A DNA stretch of 64,000 nucleotides from positions 603-64,602 of the IMG/VR virus record IMGVR_UViG_3300044535_001920. One strand, given 5' to 3'. The DNA comes from a virus. Its lineage: Duplodnaviria; Caudoviricetes. The position numbers and the translations under genes were made by a program. Position 1 is the first letter of the stretch, and every line of letters begins with the position of its first letter. Shown in pieces: positions 51,301 through 58,697 of the stretch. The notes under the pieces were generated by a model. The model was not told where the DNA came from. It made no database searches and was given only the letters and a program-made list of their open reading frames with translations.

Positions 51301-53412
51301 TTTGCTATCCTTTACACTACCGATAGTTGTTAAATGATATATGCCAGTAGAAATTCCAGATCCTGAAGATGGGGTAAAATAAATTTTTTCTCCCGTATAA
51401 AATCTATGGAAATCTTGAGTGTTTAGAGTATCAGTTATACCAACTCCAGGTCCAGCATTACAACTAATAATTTGTGGAGTGGAATATAGTTTATAATTTG
51501 GTATTCCAGATGAAGTTACATAAAAATATTCATTATTTTCATCAATATATGTACTTTGAGCTCCAATTGGTATATTTGAGATATTGACTAGATTAGGATT
51601 TTGACTTTCTCCAGTTTCAATTATTCTATTTAACTTATTTTTGGAGGAAATATTAAAAGAAGATTCTACTTCAATAGTATCTCCGGAAAAAACTGACACT
51701 ACCTTTGCAGTTGTAACAACATCATTTACATCTTCTGTGTTTTGTAATTCTACTTTTTCTCCAATATAAAACTTTATGTTATCAAATAACTTTATAGTCC
51801 AAATTGTTCCAGTAGAGTTTCCAGAAATATTGATAGTTTCAATATCGTGTGAAGTTGGTAAATTATAAATCCAACTATTAAATTCTGGTTTATCATTTAA
51901 ATTTTTTCCAAATGAAGATAGTTTTATATTATCTCCTATTCTTAAATTTGAAGAAGATTCATAATTTATTTCACCAATAACATTAATTAATCTAAATTCT
52001 AGTTTAGACCCATCATCTTGAAAAACATAAACGAATCTTTCTTCATATATTTCATCACCAAAATTTAAATCAAATATAATACCAGAAACACCTAAAAATT
52101 GGTTATTTGTTTTATCTTCATATGTAATTACTACAGGATCTGTAGCATTTTTTGTCTTTACTAATAGTTTTCCTGAAGATGGAAATCCTATGGTTGAATC
52201 TACAAATATATTATTTGATCCAATTACAGCAGATTTTGATAAATTTGTCTTTTTAGTTGACTTAAAATTATTTACAAATGATGTACCATCCAAATAAATT
52301 TCATATAAATCCTTATCATTAAATGGTCTATATTCTAATGAATAGATAGATGCACTTGCTTCCAATTCATCTATTTCTTGGAATATAGTTTTTCCCTTAA
52401 CAGTTGATAAATCAAAATTATAATTTTTGATTGGCTCTACTAAAATATTTCTAGTTACAAAATAATTATTGTCAGATGGACGAAGAAGATATTCTTGTGG
52501 TTTAATTATAGATATATCCTTTCCAAATAACGCACTAAAAAGTAATCTGAATGAAGTATCAGTTCCTTTTGTAGTGTAAAAATCAATAGCTCTAGATAAG
52601 ATATTTTGAATTTGTATTTGGGGAACAAAATTTCTATTCTCAAATCCAGGTAAAAATTGAGATTTAAATTTTTTAAAAAGTTCTTGATAGAAAACTAAAT
52701 TTAAATTTTGTACTACAACTGTTTTGACTACTTTAGATTTATCCGAAATATCACTTGCTGCTTCAACTATAATCTGTTGTTGGGAATTTACACTTACTAC
52801 TTTTGCAGGTACTCCTCTTGGAACCAACGGATTTGTTGATGCTGTAGATATCCCATCCTCAAAATAGACAGTTTCATTAACTGAAACGTCAATCGGATCA
52901 ATCAATGAAATAGTCCAAGACGAATCATTCTGAACTATTGATGATATCTCAAATGTTGAAATATGAGAAGAGGCAGAAGTCTTAGAAAAATTAATAGTTT
53001 CTGTTTTTAATGTTTGATTTATACTGTCTACTCCAGAAAAACCTCTAAAGCATCCAATAAAACTATTTTCTGTTTTTGAAGAATAAAATATTATTTCATC
53101 ATTAATCTTAAGTAATCCATACTTACTAGGAAATCCAATTGTATGAGTAACATTGATTACATCATCAAATGCTAGAACCTTTTGAGTTAAAACACTTGGG
53201 TAAACTGCAGAAAAGAAGGTCTCATTATCATATGAAGACAATGATTTAAGTGAATCTACATTAACACCTAAATCTACTATACCAGTTGGATGTTCTTGTG
53301 ATATATAATATCTGTCTAAAAATTCTTTAAATAAAGGAGATTCCCCATTTAAAAATTCTGGAATCTGTGCTTCAATAATATTTTGGATTCTGACTCTCTT
53401 AATTTCTGACAT
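45343..53412 (-). CDS. gp7: Baseplate wedge initiator gp7 (N-terminal part) with YHYH-like domain
   Basis: IEAQIPEF..FKEFLDRYY, DFYTTKGT..SFRLLFSALFG, HSPIIGWAYDGNPIYGPYG, YYQKFSYSIKS..LVHPAGFK; follows gp6. Confidence 0.85.
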   Translation of the reverse strand: MSEIKRVRIQNIIEAQIPEFLNGESPLFKEFLDRYYISQEHPTGIVDLGVNVDSLKSLSSYDNETFFSAVYPSVLTQKVLAFDDVINVTHTIGFPSKYGLLKINDEIIFYSSKTENSFIGCFRGFSGVDSINQTLKTETINFSKTSASSHISTFEISSIVQNDSSWTISLIDPIDVSVNETVYFEDGISTASTNPLVPRGVPAKVVSVNSQQQIIVEAASDISDKSKVVKTVVVQNLNLVFYQELFKKFKSQFLPGFENRNFVPQIQIQNILSRAIDFYTTKGTDTSFRLLFSALFGKDISIIKPQEYLLRPSDNNYFVTRNILVEPIKNYNFDLSTVKGKTIFQEIDELEASASIYSLEYRPFNDKDLYEIYLDGTSFVNNFKSTKKTNLSKSAVIGSNNIFVDSTIGFPSSGKLLVKTKNATDPVVITYEDKTNNQFLGVSGIIFDLNFGDEIYEERFVYVFQDDGSKLEFRLINVIGEINYESSSNLRIGDNIKLSSFGKNLNDKPEFNSWIYNLPTSHDIETINISGNSTGTIWTIKLFDNIKFYIGEKVELQNTEDVNDVVTTAKVVSVFSGDTIEVESSFNISSKNKLNRIIETGESQNPNLVNISNIPIGAQSTYIDENNEYFYVTSSGIPNYKLYSTPQIISCNAGPGVGITDTLNTQDFHRFYTGEKIYFTPSSGSGISTGIYHLTTIGSVKDSKKVKFSLSKSDLYSKKYISFNKSTTSGSFVKLDYENKSVSNQKIIKKFNYKKGQNLLSEVGDRSTNNKKVGIFVNGSEIFSPTLFDENIYYGKLESVSVTNSGSGYDVMNPPELEISDVSGSGAKGYLNITGSLERVRIITPGIGYQVKPKITILGGNGSGAVLEPNFVKSQINNGFKGDGFGLNPTDNTITFFEKHNFEDGEEVIYNSNFNSEIVPLKNSSIYYVGVINDKVIKLYEDVVNAFSRTNEINFIGISSGFHYLKTTKSKNTITQVYVKDGGSGYSNRLIKVPSVLSYDNNTNGVNTFDNYIFATDHRFKNKDIVRYSTTGTAISGLSTTSEYIVTVIDKNKFYLSSVGNGDKIDEFDYINKRYIKFSSLGDGDHTFYYPPIRLVVESLSGVGATTIIKPEFEPIITGEIESVFLETNGVGYGVSDIINFHRRPDIKIKPIASESLLKPIVVNGSIVDVQFLSYGSGYDKGIDIQVFGDGKFADIRPIVDENGRITSVNIANGGVNYLQSNTILKVVRRGKDAKFLGNIFEWKINQVEKNKELLSTQDEGIIAPSNNKDFGLQYINFFAPKVLRYTLNDHVDLSNREVIDNTHSPIIGWAYDGNPIYGPYGQVGSEIRKIRSSYFKRIENNLNLRPNLPDGFFAQDFYFDKAIGDLDEYNGRFCITPEFPNGVYAYFASIDNAIISKPEYPYIVGKEFKDYAIKENFIPSFNQDLNMFESGIIRNIGPYYINSNKSSYSLIQSNEDKHKQEFMVSETLSSSVDQILVYSPGENYKIGDNVIFDNSDTGGTGISAEVSRLRGKDLSRIEVGISTFNGTRFFTEKNLVVGLVNEPHNLVSGDQVVISAVSDPAYSFLEGSRKILVKSKVVGLTSDIDIIQITGSSTKIYVNDYSDFEVNDFVGIGSEKLQIIKIDETDSSFIVNRIENVGFHTVGIDSVRLLPKKFYFSELSLPTYLRENAPIYFNPETLIGFGTQINNYTLPDQSNISVPARAIYVPNHNLYTGQQIVYNVGFAGSSLYVSNIPDSAASFPLPDNTVLYVVNKGKDFIGISTLGFTTSSGIGTNNNSLYIYENNSTVGAAHSFTTVYNQVLGTVENYSLIVDTEENHELTNLDSVNFSINPRLTNVFSISYDSILRKLTTVPITFDTSVSVDVADSTIYIPNNDFSTGDKIVYYNIGNSSIGGLTNNETYYVIKQDPDYIKLALYRSDAISGIGITFTSQGSSFNSISLINPLLKTTKGNIIVFDLSDTSLSGMDLKLYRDSNLSIQVESYNYKRNGIDAGSPGAELRIDTNSSSVSNTLFYTLIPLSPSVVEKYQISIDADVIGNNKISIEDSTFSDLYQIVVTSNSSFKFNLYEKPESFSYTTSSGISSIFYETDSKTASGPISKIRLNFGGKKYKKLPKIVGVESENGRNATLKCISKNIGKINNIERVKDGFDYPTDPTLKPILSVPTVCQIRGISRVKLIDIISGGSNYITPPKLKVLGNNNIELEAIIQGNSVVDVKIIRNTKDLTQPLTIIPTRNSNGYDIDDITYNNITKKVTLELVNSDNQQFPLISNSYGSNIIDFPFSVGDQIFVENCRISDQTKSNYNSSNYGYKFFTVTDVNPNNYTVTYDASSIPDNLGEYNSDFGYGYVVNKKNMASFEMELEDDLSYFSNETIIGYDSTDSAVFTAKVMENGWDNNINQLRMIDSSGDLEVGYKLYGTRSGLTGTIESVNTFTLNSNLEVSREKVNDFGDRVGFLNDYQQRISDNSYYQKFSYSIKSDVNYEDWKESVRSLVHPAGFKEFSDLDIVQKASNTMSVGVGDSSLTILANIDGYGSMYSRSNFSMVFEDDQFEDGSIERVLFPEGVSLKSYILSRTNKVLKIDDISDQFTGFTTTTGGKIVGLTTFKLKNKGTPLFYHEFSGISTSTINLNVDAFNIRNHNFQSGQKVYYGIGSTSIDPICLVENTVDSAFSYNLTETFDSQVFTFDSLDSTMDQN

Positions 53413-53413
53413 T

Positions 53414-55300
53414 TTATCTAATATAATCTCCGTTTGAATAGCTTGATGTTACAATATATTCTGTTGCAGAAGTATTTTCACCTGAAGTAATCTTATCTTC
53501 AACCATATTTACAACTAAGTTGCTAATACTTAGATCTAAATATATATCCTTCAATGCAATGACATCATTTGACTCTGGAATTGCTTGTACTTCAATTCCA
53601 TTTGTTGAAACTGTTGATGTAATGTTCACAACATCTAATAAAATTTCACCTTTATCATAATGAATCACACCTGCATTATTTTTGATGATAAATGGTAAAT
53701 TGTCTTTTAATACAAAAAAGAAAATTGTACCTTTTTTATCATCAATGGGGACATCACTCATATAAACAGTGCCATCAACGTTCAAAATATTAAATCCTGT
53801 AGATTTTATATTATAACCACGATTGTCTAGTAGATTATTTCTTTTTATATGAAATGCATTACCAAAACACAATTCATAAGTTGCAAATTTATTAAATTCT
53901 GGTTGAAGATCTCTTCTAATCTTTATTTTTGTAATATTGGAAGTAACTGATGTACTTACGTTATCAATTAATGATGTCAATTTACTATATTTAAATCTTC
54001 CTCCAAAATTATTTAATTCATATGAAGAACCATATTGTGTAATTGTATCAATAATCTTTTTCCTAACATTTTCAACCTCAGAAATTGCACTTCTATCATA
54101 ATAAGCACTAGTGTTTATTTCAACATAGAGATATTTGAGGTCAACAATTTCTGGTTTAATTCCTGCAATTGTATATTGTTTTAATTTATTTTTAATTTCT
54201 TCTTTAGTTATTTTTGAAATATATTTTCCATTTCTTGGTTTAATTGATATAAAAACTTTTCCATATTGTGGTGGATCCAATTCATCACCACCATAAGCAG
54301 TAACAGATTCAACATTGGGAAATATTGATGGAATTAATCCTTTATAGTCATTTGCAGTAACTGCCCTAAATTGTGATGAATATACTCTAGGTGCAATATA
54401 TTTAATGGAATCTATTTTTTCAATGTCATCTCCATTTTCTGATGGAATATTTGTTGTAATTAAAGAGATTCCATTGGTAATTTTATTACTGTTATTATCA
54501 ACTAAAATTCCACTAAAGGTAAAGTTCGCAGATCCATTTGCTTGTTTTCCATTTGTAGTAATATAACTTACATAAACAGAACTTCCAGAAATTGGTCTTC
54601 TTCCAAATATATTATCTCCGAATAAAATCTGATATTTCTCATCTTCTACTTCTTGAACTAAGAAAATTTTAGAATTTTTATTAACATTTAAGATATTATC
54701 AAACTTTGTATATTCTTCATTAGTAATATCAGTAACAAAAACCCTTATTAACTCGGTATCAACGTCGGCATTTGGAATAATAAACTTTTGATTTGGTTGA
54801 TTATTATCTACAATAAAACTTTTTGTTAAGAATCTTCCTTCGTAAATTGAAATATTATTGAATCTCGCAATTCCCTGATTATCTACAGGAACCGTAATGT
54901 CTTCTGGAATGGAAAATACAAAATTTCCTGTTTCAAGATTTCCTAAACATACAACACCAGACCTTAATGTAACTGATTTTACATCTAAAAATCCTTCAGT
55001 ATCTACTGTAAAACTAATTTGTGCTCTAGATGCTCTTTTTGATCTAGGAACATATCCAATATTTCTTGCAAGTGAAACTACATTTTCTCGTAAAGTTGCA
55101 CTGTCCAAAAATGATTCATTCACTGCCATATTGGTGTTATAGGCAGTTATATAAGAGTTATAGGCAAGAATATCAATTAATACAGAAAAATTAGAACCTT
55201 CATAATCAAAGTCAGTAAATTCTGTATTGGTTCTTAGGTAATCTTTTATTTGAGATCTAATGTCCTCAAAATCTAGATTAGTGAATTGATTTATTGCCAT
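53414..55300 (-). CDS. gp6: Baseplate wedge subunit gp6
   Basis: LDFEDIRSQIKDYL..FTDFDYEGSN, NESFLDSATLRENVVSLARNIGYVPRS, QFRAVTANDY, YGKVFISIKP. Confidence 0.95.
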   Translation of the reverse strand: MAINQFTNLDFEDIRSQIKDYLRTNTEFTDFDYEGSNFSVLIDILAYNSYITAYNTNMAVNESFLDSATLRENVVSLARNIGYVPRSKRASRAQISFTVDTEGFLDVKSVTLRSGVVCLGNLETGNFVFSIPEDITVPVDNQGIARFNNISIYEGRFLTKSFIVDNNQPNQKFIIPNADVDTELIRVFVTDITNEEYTKFDNILNVNKNSKIFLVQEVEDEKYQILFGDNIFGRRPISGSSVYVSYITTNGKQANGSANFTFSGILVDNNSNKITNGISLITTNIPSENGDDIEKIDSIKYIAPRVYSSQFRAVTANDYKGLIPSIFPNVESVTAYGGDELDPPQYGKVFISIKPRNGKYISKITKEEIKNKLKQYTIAGIKPEIVDLKYLYVEINTSAYYDRSAISEVENVRKKIIDTITQYGSSYELNNFGGRFKYSKLTSLIDNVSTSVTSNITKIKIRRDLQPEFNKFATYELCFGNAFHIKRNNLLDNRGYNIKSTGFNILNVDGTVYMSDVPIDDKKGTIFFFVLKDNLPFIIKNNAGVIHYDKGEILLDVVNITSTVSTNGIEVQAIPESNDVIALKDIYLDLSISNLVVNMVEDKITSGENTSATEYIVTSSYSNGDYIR

Positions 55301-55701
55301 TATGCTCTAGTTGGTTGTAAGATAAACTCTATATTTTGTCTTGGGAATCCCTCACCAACAATATCATAGACAATGTTTATATTTAATTCATATAAATCAG
55401 GATCATCACTAATATTAATTTGTCTAACCTTTATTCTTGGTTCAAAATTATTAAGTAATGTTTTAATTTCATCTTCCAATACAATAGATATCCCAATTGT
55501 ATTAAGTTCAAATAGTGAATCATTAATTGTTGAACCAATTAATGAATTAAAAAATCTCTCACCTACAACTGTTTTTACTAAATTAGTGACAGATTTTTTA
55601 ATTGCATCTTCATTTTTAATTGGTAAAATATCATTTGTCACAGGATGCCTAGCAAAAGACAAACTAATGTCCTTAAATGCTCTTGAAATCCTTGCTGCCA
55701 T
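55300..55701 (-). CDS. gp25: Baseplate wedge subunit gp25
   Basis: FKDISLSF..HPVTND..NEDAIKKSVTNL..GERFF..FEPRI. Confidence 0.92.
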   Translation of the reverse strand: MAARISRAFKDISLSFARHPVTNDILPIKNEDAIKKSVTNLVKTVVGERFFNSLIGSTINDSLFELNTIGISIVLEDEIKTLLNNFEPRIKVRQINISDDPDLYELNINIVYDIVGEGFPRQNIEFILQPTRA

Positions 55702-55738
55702 TAAAATAAAAAGGTATTTTATATATCTATAAGACTTT

Positions 55739-55942
55739 TTAGACTATTTTTCCGTAACTTGGTTCTGTTCCATATTCCCAATCATCATAATCTTCATCAT
55801 TTCTAATTTTTTCGTGCAATTCTGTTTGTCTTTTCAAATTATGCCTCGAAATATTTGGTTTTTCATAGTCGGTAACTAATTTCTTAGTTCCCCACATCTC
55901 ATACATATAGTTCTGATCTCTATCAACGGGTAAATTGGACAT
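55739..55942 (-). CDS. Small acidic hypothetical protein
   Basis: 67 aa (MWGTKKLVTDY, DYDDWEYGTEP) with a CAGGAG Shine-Dalgarno. Confidence 0.65.
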   Translation of the reverse strand: MSNLPVDRDQNYMYEMWGTKKLVTDYEKPNISRHNLKRQTELHEKIRNDEDYDDWEYGTEPSYGKIV

Positions 55943-56011
55943 TTTAGCTCCTGTTTTTTGGTAAAAACAGAACTTTTTTTGGTAGGAGGTTGCTATCTCC
56001 CCTACAAATAT

Positions 56012-56353
56012 TTAACGATGCAAATATCTGAGGTTATAATTATCTGAATTTAAATATTTCAACAATTCCAATGCTATTAATTTGGGATTTCCTGGTCCAC
56101 AAGTATAAACATCAATAGCAACACATCCATTTTCGGGCCAAGTATGGCACGATACATGACTCTCTGACAGTGCTATGACTATTGTGCAACCTTGTGGGTA
56201 GAAACAGTGCTGAAACGTGTTTAAAATGGTCATTCCTGCACGTTCAATGCCTTGTTTCATAACTCCTTCAAGAGTTACCGCATCATTGAGTAGAGAGTAT
56301 TCTACCCCGTATACCTCCAACAGGAGGTGATTCCCCATTGAAAATCTCTCCAA
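56012..56353 (-). CDS. speD: S-adenosylmethionine decarboxylase proenzyme
   Basis: MGNHLL, HCFYPQG, autocleavage site LSE/SHVSCHTWPE, AIDVYTCG; TTG start preceded by AGGAGG. Confidence 0.92.
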   Translation of the reverse strand: MERFSMGNHLLLEVYGVEYSLLNDAVTLEGVMKQGIERAGMTILNTFQHCFYPQGCTIVIALSESHVSCHTWPENGCVAIDVYTCGPGNPKLIALELLKYLNSDNYNLRYLHR

Positions 56354-56388
56354 TTCACAAAATCCTCCTATTTTCTCCGAAAAACTAT

Positions 56389-56988
56389 TTATTTTAGATA
56401 AAATCCCTTTCTTAGATAACCAGAATCCTCTATATAACTTAATTTTGAGTCATTTTTTTGCCTATCATCTTCCCATACAGGAATTGCAACTGTATTTCCG
56501 TATCTAAAATTAGGATTTTGTCTTGTGTGAACCTCAATTAGGTTTCCATCAATAAATTCACAGTTAATCCAATCATAATTTCCCTTCAAATTTTCTAAAA
56601 TTGAAGGGAATTCAATCGTCTTATCAATTTTTTCCCATTTTTGCCACTTATATAAGGGGTCATTCTCATCTTTAGTGCCTTTTACTACTAATTTTGGTTC
56701 TTGATGATAGTAATCAATACTCAAATGCTCTCCTTTGAACACTTCACACCAAAAATTAGAAGGATGAAAGTGCTCTGTGTCCTTTTCTATCCACACAATT
56801 TCAGCAAACCGACCCATTCCAAGGAAATTTATCGCAGGTCTAACAATATAAAAGTCGGGTTTAGGAACTGTAGATCCAATTGGACCACATTTATATCCCA
56901 ATACCCGACTTAATTGTAATTTATTGTATATCCACAAGTCGTCATAATGAATTGCATTCCATTCATCATCAACTTCTAGATGATACAT
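56389..56988 (-). CDS. Hypothetical protein with ATP-grasp-like motifs
   Basis: Start reassigned to MYHLEVD (56988). YIVRPAINFLGMG, CEVFKGEHLSIDY and NLIEVHTR parallel the ATP-grasp KP/G-loop, ExxIxG and IEvNxR motifs. Confidence 0.5.
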   Translation of the reverse strand: MYHLEVDDEWNAIHYDDLWIYNKLQLSRVLGYKCGPIGSTVPKPDFYIVRPAINFLGMGRFAEIVWIEKDTEHFHPSNFWCEVFKGEHLSIDYYHQEPKLVVKGTKDENDPLYKWQKWEKIDKTIEFPSILENLKGNYDWINCEFIDGNLIEVHTRQNPNFRYGNTVAIPVWEDDRQKNDSKLSYIEDSGYLRKGFYLK

Positions 56989-56989
56989 T

Positions 56990-57115
56990 TTACTTATTCT
57001 CTTTTTTATTATCTGGATGCTCTTGTAAATGTGCTGGTTTACCAGCAACCCAACCAAAAACTTTCGGTGCAGAAGTAGAAGTGGTTTCTTCTGAAGTTTT
57101 TTTAGTTCTTGCCAT
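56990..57115 (-). CDS. Micro-protein, 41 aa (not in ORF track)
   Basis: MARTKKTSEETTSTSAPKVFGWVAGKPAHLQEHPDNKKENK; TAATG overlap with the upstream ORF, abuts the downstream start. Confidence 0.6.
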   Translation of the reverse strand: MARTKKTSEETTSTSAPKVFGWVAGKPAHLQEHPDNKKENK

Positions 57116-57261
57116 TACCCCTTTCCTTGCCCACGATACTTTTTACGTGCCTTATTACGACTCGTTGCACTGTATTTAGTATTCCGACCTGCACCTTGAA
57201 GAGTCAGCTTGGGTTTGGATTCAACTTTTGCTCCACCTTTTGCACTCTTTTTCACTGCCAT
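57115..57261 (-). CDS. Highly basic micro-protein, 48 aa (not in ORF track)
   Basis: MAVKKSAKGGAKVESKPKLTLQGAGRNTKYSATSRNKARKKYRGQGKG, with an AGGAG Shine-Dalgarno upstream. Confidence 0.75.
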   Translation of the reverse strand: MAVKKSAKGGAKVESKPKLTLQGAGRNTKYSATSRNKARKKYRGQGKG

Positions 57262-57412
57262 TGTAATAATCTCCTAGTTGGTTTTTGTTTACGGTTTTTT
57301 TAAACGGTTTTTTCAGAAGGACTTAAAATGCCCTCAGAAGACTTTGAAATCTCCATAAGGGCATCCTATCAAAAAGATCAGAGAACGTCAAGAAGACGGT
57401 TCTGAAAGGGAC

Positions 57413-58165
57413 TCAGATGATTCTAGTCTTCTCGTGTCCAACACGAATCTTAGGATCACACCAAATCTCATAACCTGCTTCTTTTGCATCAAGACAGAAT
57501 GAAACATCCTCTCCGCACATATCCTGAACTTCTCCTGAGTCAAATACCTGCATCTTGGGAGCAAACCAAGGATACTCCAAGTTCTCAAAGACTCCCTTCT
57601 TAATCAGAACCCAACCAAATCCAGTGTAATCCACAGTGAATGGTTTGCGACGGTTTTTCATCGTCTCTAGAGTTTCGTGATTCATCACTCCACCATTGTT
57701 CTTAAAGTCATCTTCTTCAAGCCAATGTGCAACGGATGTAGTCATTCCATCCTCAGTGCAATACCAACCAGCAGCAATATCCCGATCCATTGCTACAAGA
57801 CGATAGAACTTCTCAGTATCAAAGACAATATCACTGTCAATCCAGAGTTGATAATCATAATTAAGTTTACCATCCCAAGGAATCTGCTTCGGACCTCTGA
57901 GAACATTTGCTCCAAGAACTTTGCATCGTGCAAAGTTTACCATTGAACTATAATCTTGTGAAATCTGAATACTCGCACCTGCTTGTACCAAATCAAAACA
58001 CAATTGAACAAAATTTTTCAAATATGTATATGATACTCCTCTTCCTGGAAGACAAAATACAATTGACTTCCCTCGAATCATTTCCCTTGCTGTTGCAATA
58101 TCAAACTCATCTGCACTCTTATTTACAATAGGTGCATTTGCTTTAACTGTAAATCCTTTTGCCAT
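57413..58165 (-). CDS. GT-A fold (GT2-like) glycosyltransferase
   Basis: LWIDSDIVF (DxD), TGFGWVLIKKGVFE, GEDVSFC, VGHEK. Confidence 0.8.
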   Translation of the reverse strand: MAKGFTVKANAPIVNKSADEFDIATAREMIRGKSIVFCLPGRGVSYTYLKNFVQLCFDLVQAGASIQISQDYSSMVNFARCKVLGANVLRGPKQIPWDGKLNYDYQLWIDSDIVFDTEKFYRLVAMDRDIAAGWYCTEDGMTTSVAHWLEEDDFKNNGGVMNHETLETMKNRRKPFTVDYTGFGWVLIKKGVFENLEYPWFAPKMQVFDSGEVQDMCGEDVSFCLDAKEAGYEIWCDPKIRVGHEKTRII

Positions 58166-58188
58166 AAAAAATAAATTTCGACGTTAAC

Positions 58189-58217
58189 ATTATACCACTA
58201 CAAATCAATCATTGCAA
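58189..58217 (-). promoter_or_regulatory. Sigma70-type promoter for the GT2-like gene
   Basis: Minus strand TTGCAA-17nt-TATAAT with extended -10 TG. Confidence 0.7.
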
Positions 58218-58376
58218 TGGGTCTTCTTGATTATTTAGAACTATTTTGATATCCTCATTGTTTCCACCAGAAGTCCATACAAGACCCCTGACCTGATTCA
58301 ACATCCCATCTAAATCTTCTGGATTTACTTTCTCAACGATTGTTATACCATTGACTTCTATGTTATACGTATTCAT
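58209..58376 (-). CDS. Hypothetical protein, 55 aa (not in ORF track)
   Basis: MNTYNIEVNGITIVEKVNPEDLDGMLNQVRGLVWTSGG...; tightly packed with its neighbours. Confidence 0.6.
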   Translation of the reverse strand: MNTYNIEVNGITIVEKVNPEDLDGMLNQVRGLVWTSGGNNEDIKIVLNNQEDPLQ

Positions 58377-58515
58377 CAGATTCTTCTACCTTGAAGAGCA
58401 ACTCTTCCAGTTCCTCTCTTAGGGTTATATTTGAATTTACTGTCTTGTCCGTCTCTAGTCGATACTGAATGCACTCAATGAGCATCTCTTTCTCTTCCTC
58501 TGTAACTTCTAACAT
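58363..58515 (-). CDS. Hypothetical acidic protein, 50 aa (not in ORF track)
   Basis: MLEVTEEEKEMLIECIQYRLETDK...; AGGAG immediately upstream. Confidence 0.55.
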   Translation of the reverse strand: MLEVTEEEKEMLIECIQYRLETDKTVNSNITLREELEELLFKVEESDEYV

Positions 58516-58541
58516 CTCCTTTCAGTTTATTTCTTTTCCAA

Positions 58542-58697
58542 TTATATATCAACCTTTGAGGATTTTTTTCCCCTCCGGAAAAATTTTTGTATTCCTTGTG
58601 CCCCAAATCTCATAAGTTCTACGAGTACAATTCCGAGGTATTCTAACTCTTCCTTATGGGTGGTTCTCGTACTTATGCTTTTTTTATTTTTCCGCAT
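58542..58697 (-). CDS. Hypothetical basic protein, 51 aa (not in ORF track)
   Basis: MRKNKKSISTRTTHKEELEYLGIVLVELMRFGAQGIQKFFRRGKKSSKVDI; starts inside the HNH 3' end and fills the gap. Confidence 0.45.
   Translation of the reverse strand: MRKNKKSISTRTTHKEELEYLGIVLVELMRFGAQGIQKFFRRGKKSSKVDI

Noticed and set aside
56989-57057. N-terminal extension of the 222-aa ORF
   Set aside because: It overlaps a better-coupled 41-aa ORF; the ATG at 56988 right after that ORF's stop is more plausible.
57262-57412. Possible tRNA or ncRNA in the gap (ACGGTT x3, ATGCCCT/AGGGCAT stem)
   Set aside because: No cloverleaf or T-loop; the pairing is too weak to call. No tRNA or rRNA was recognised anywhere in the window.
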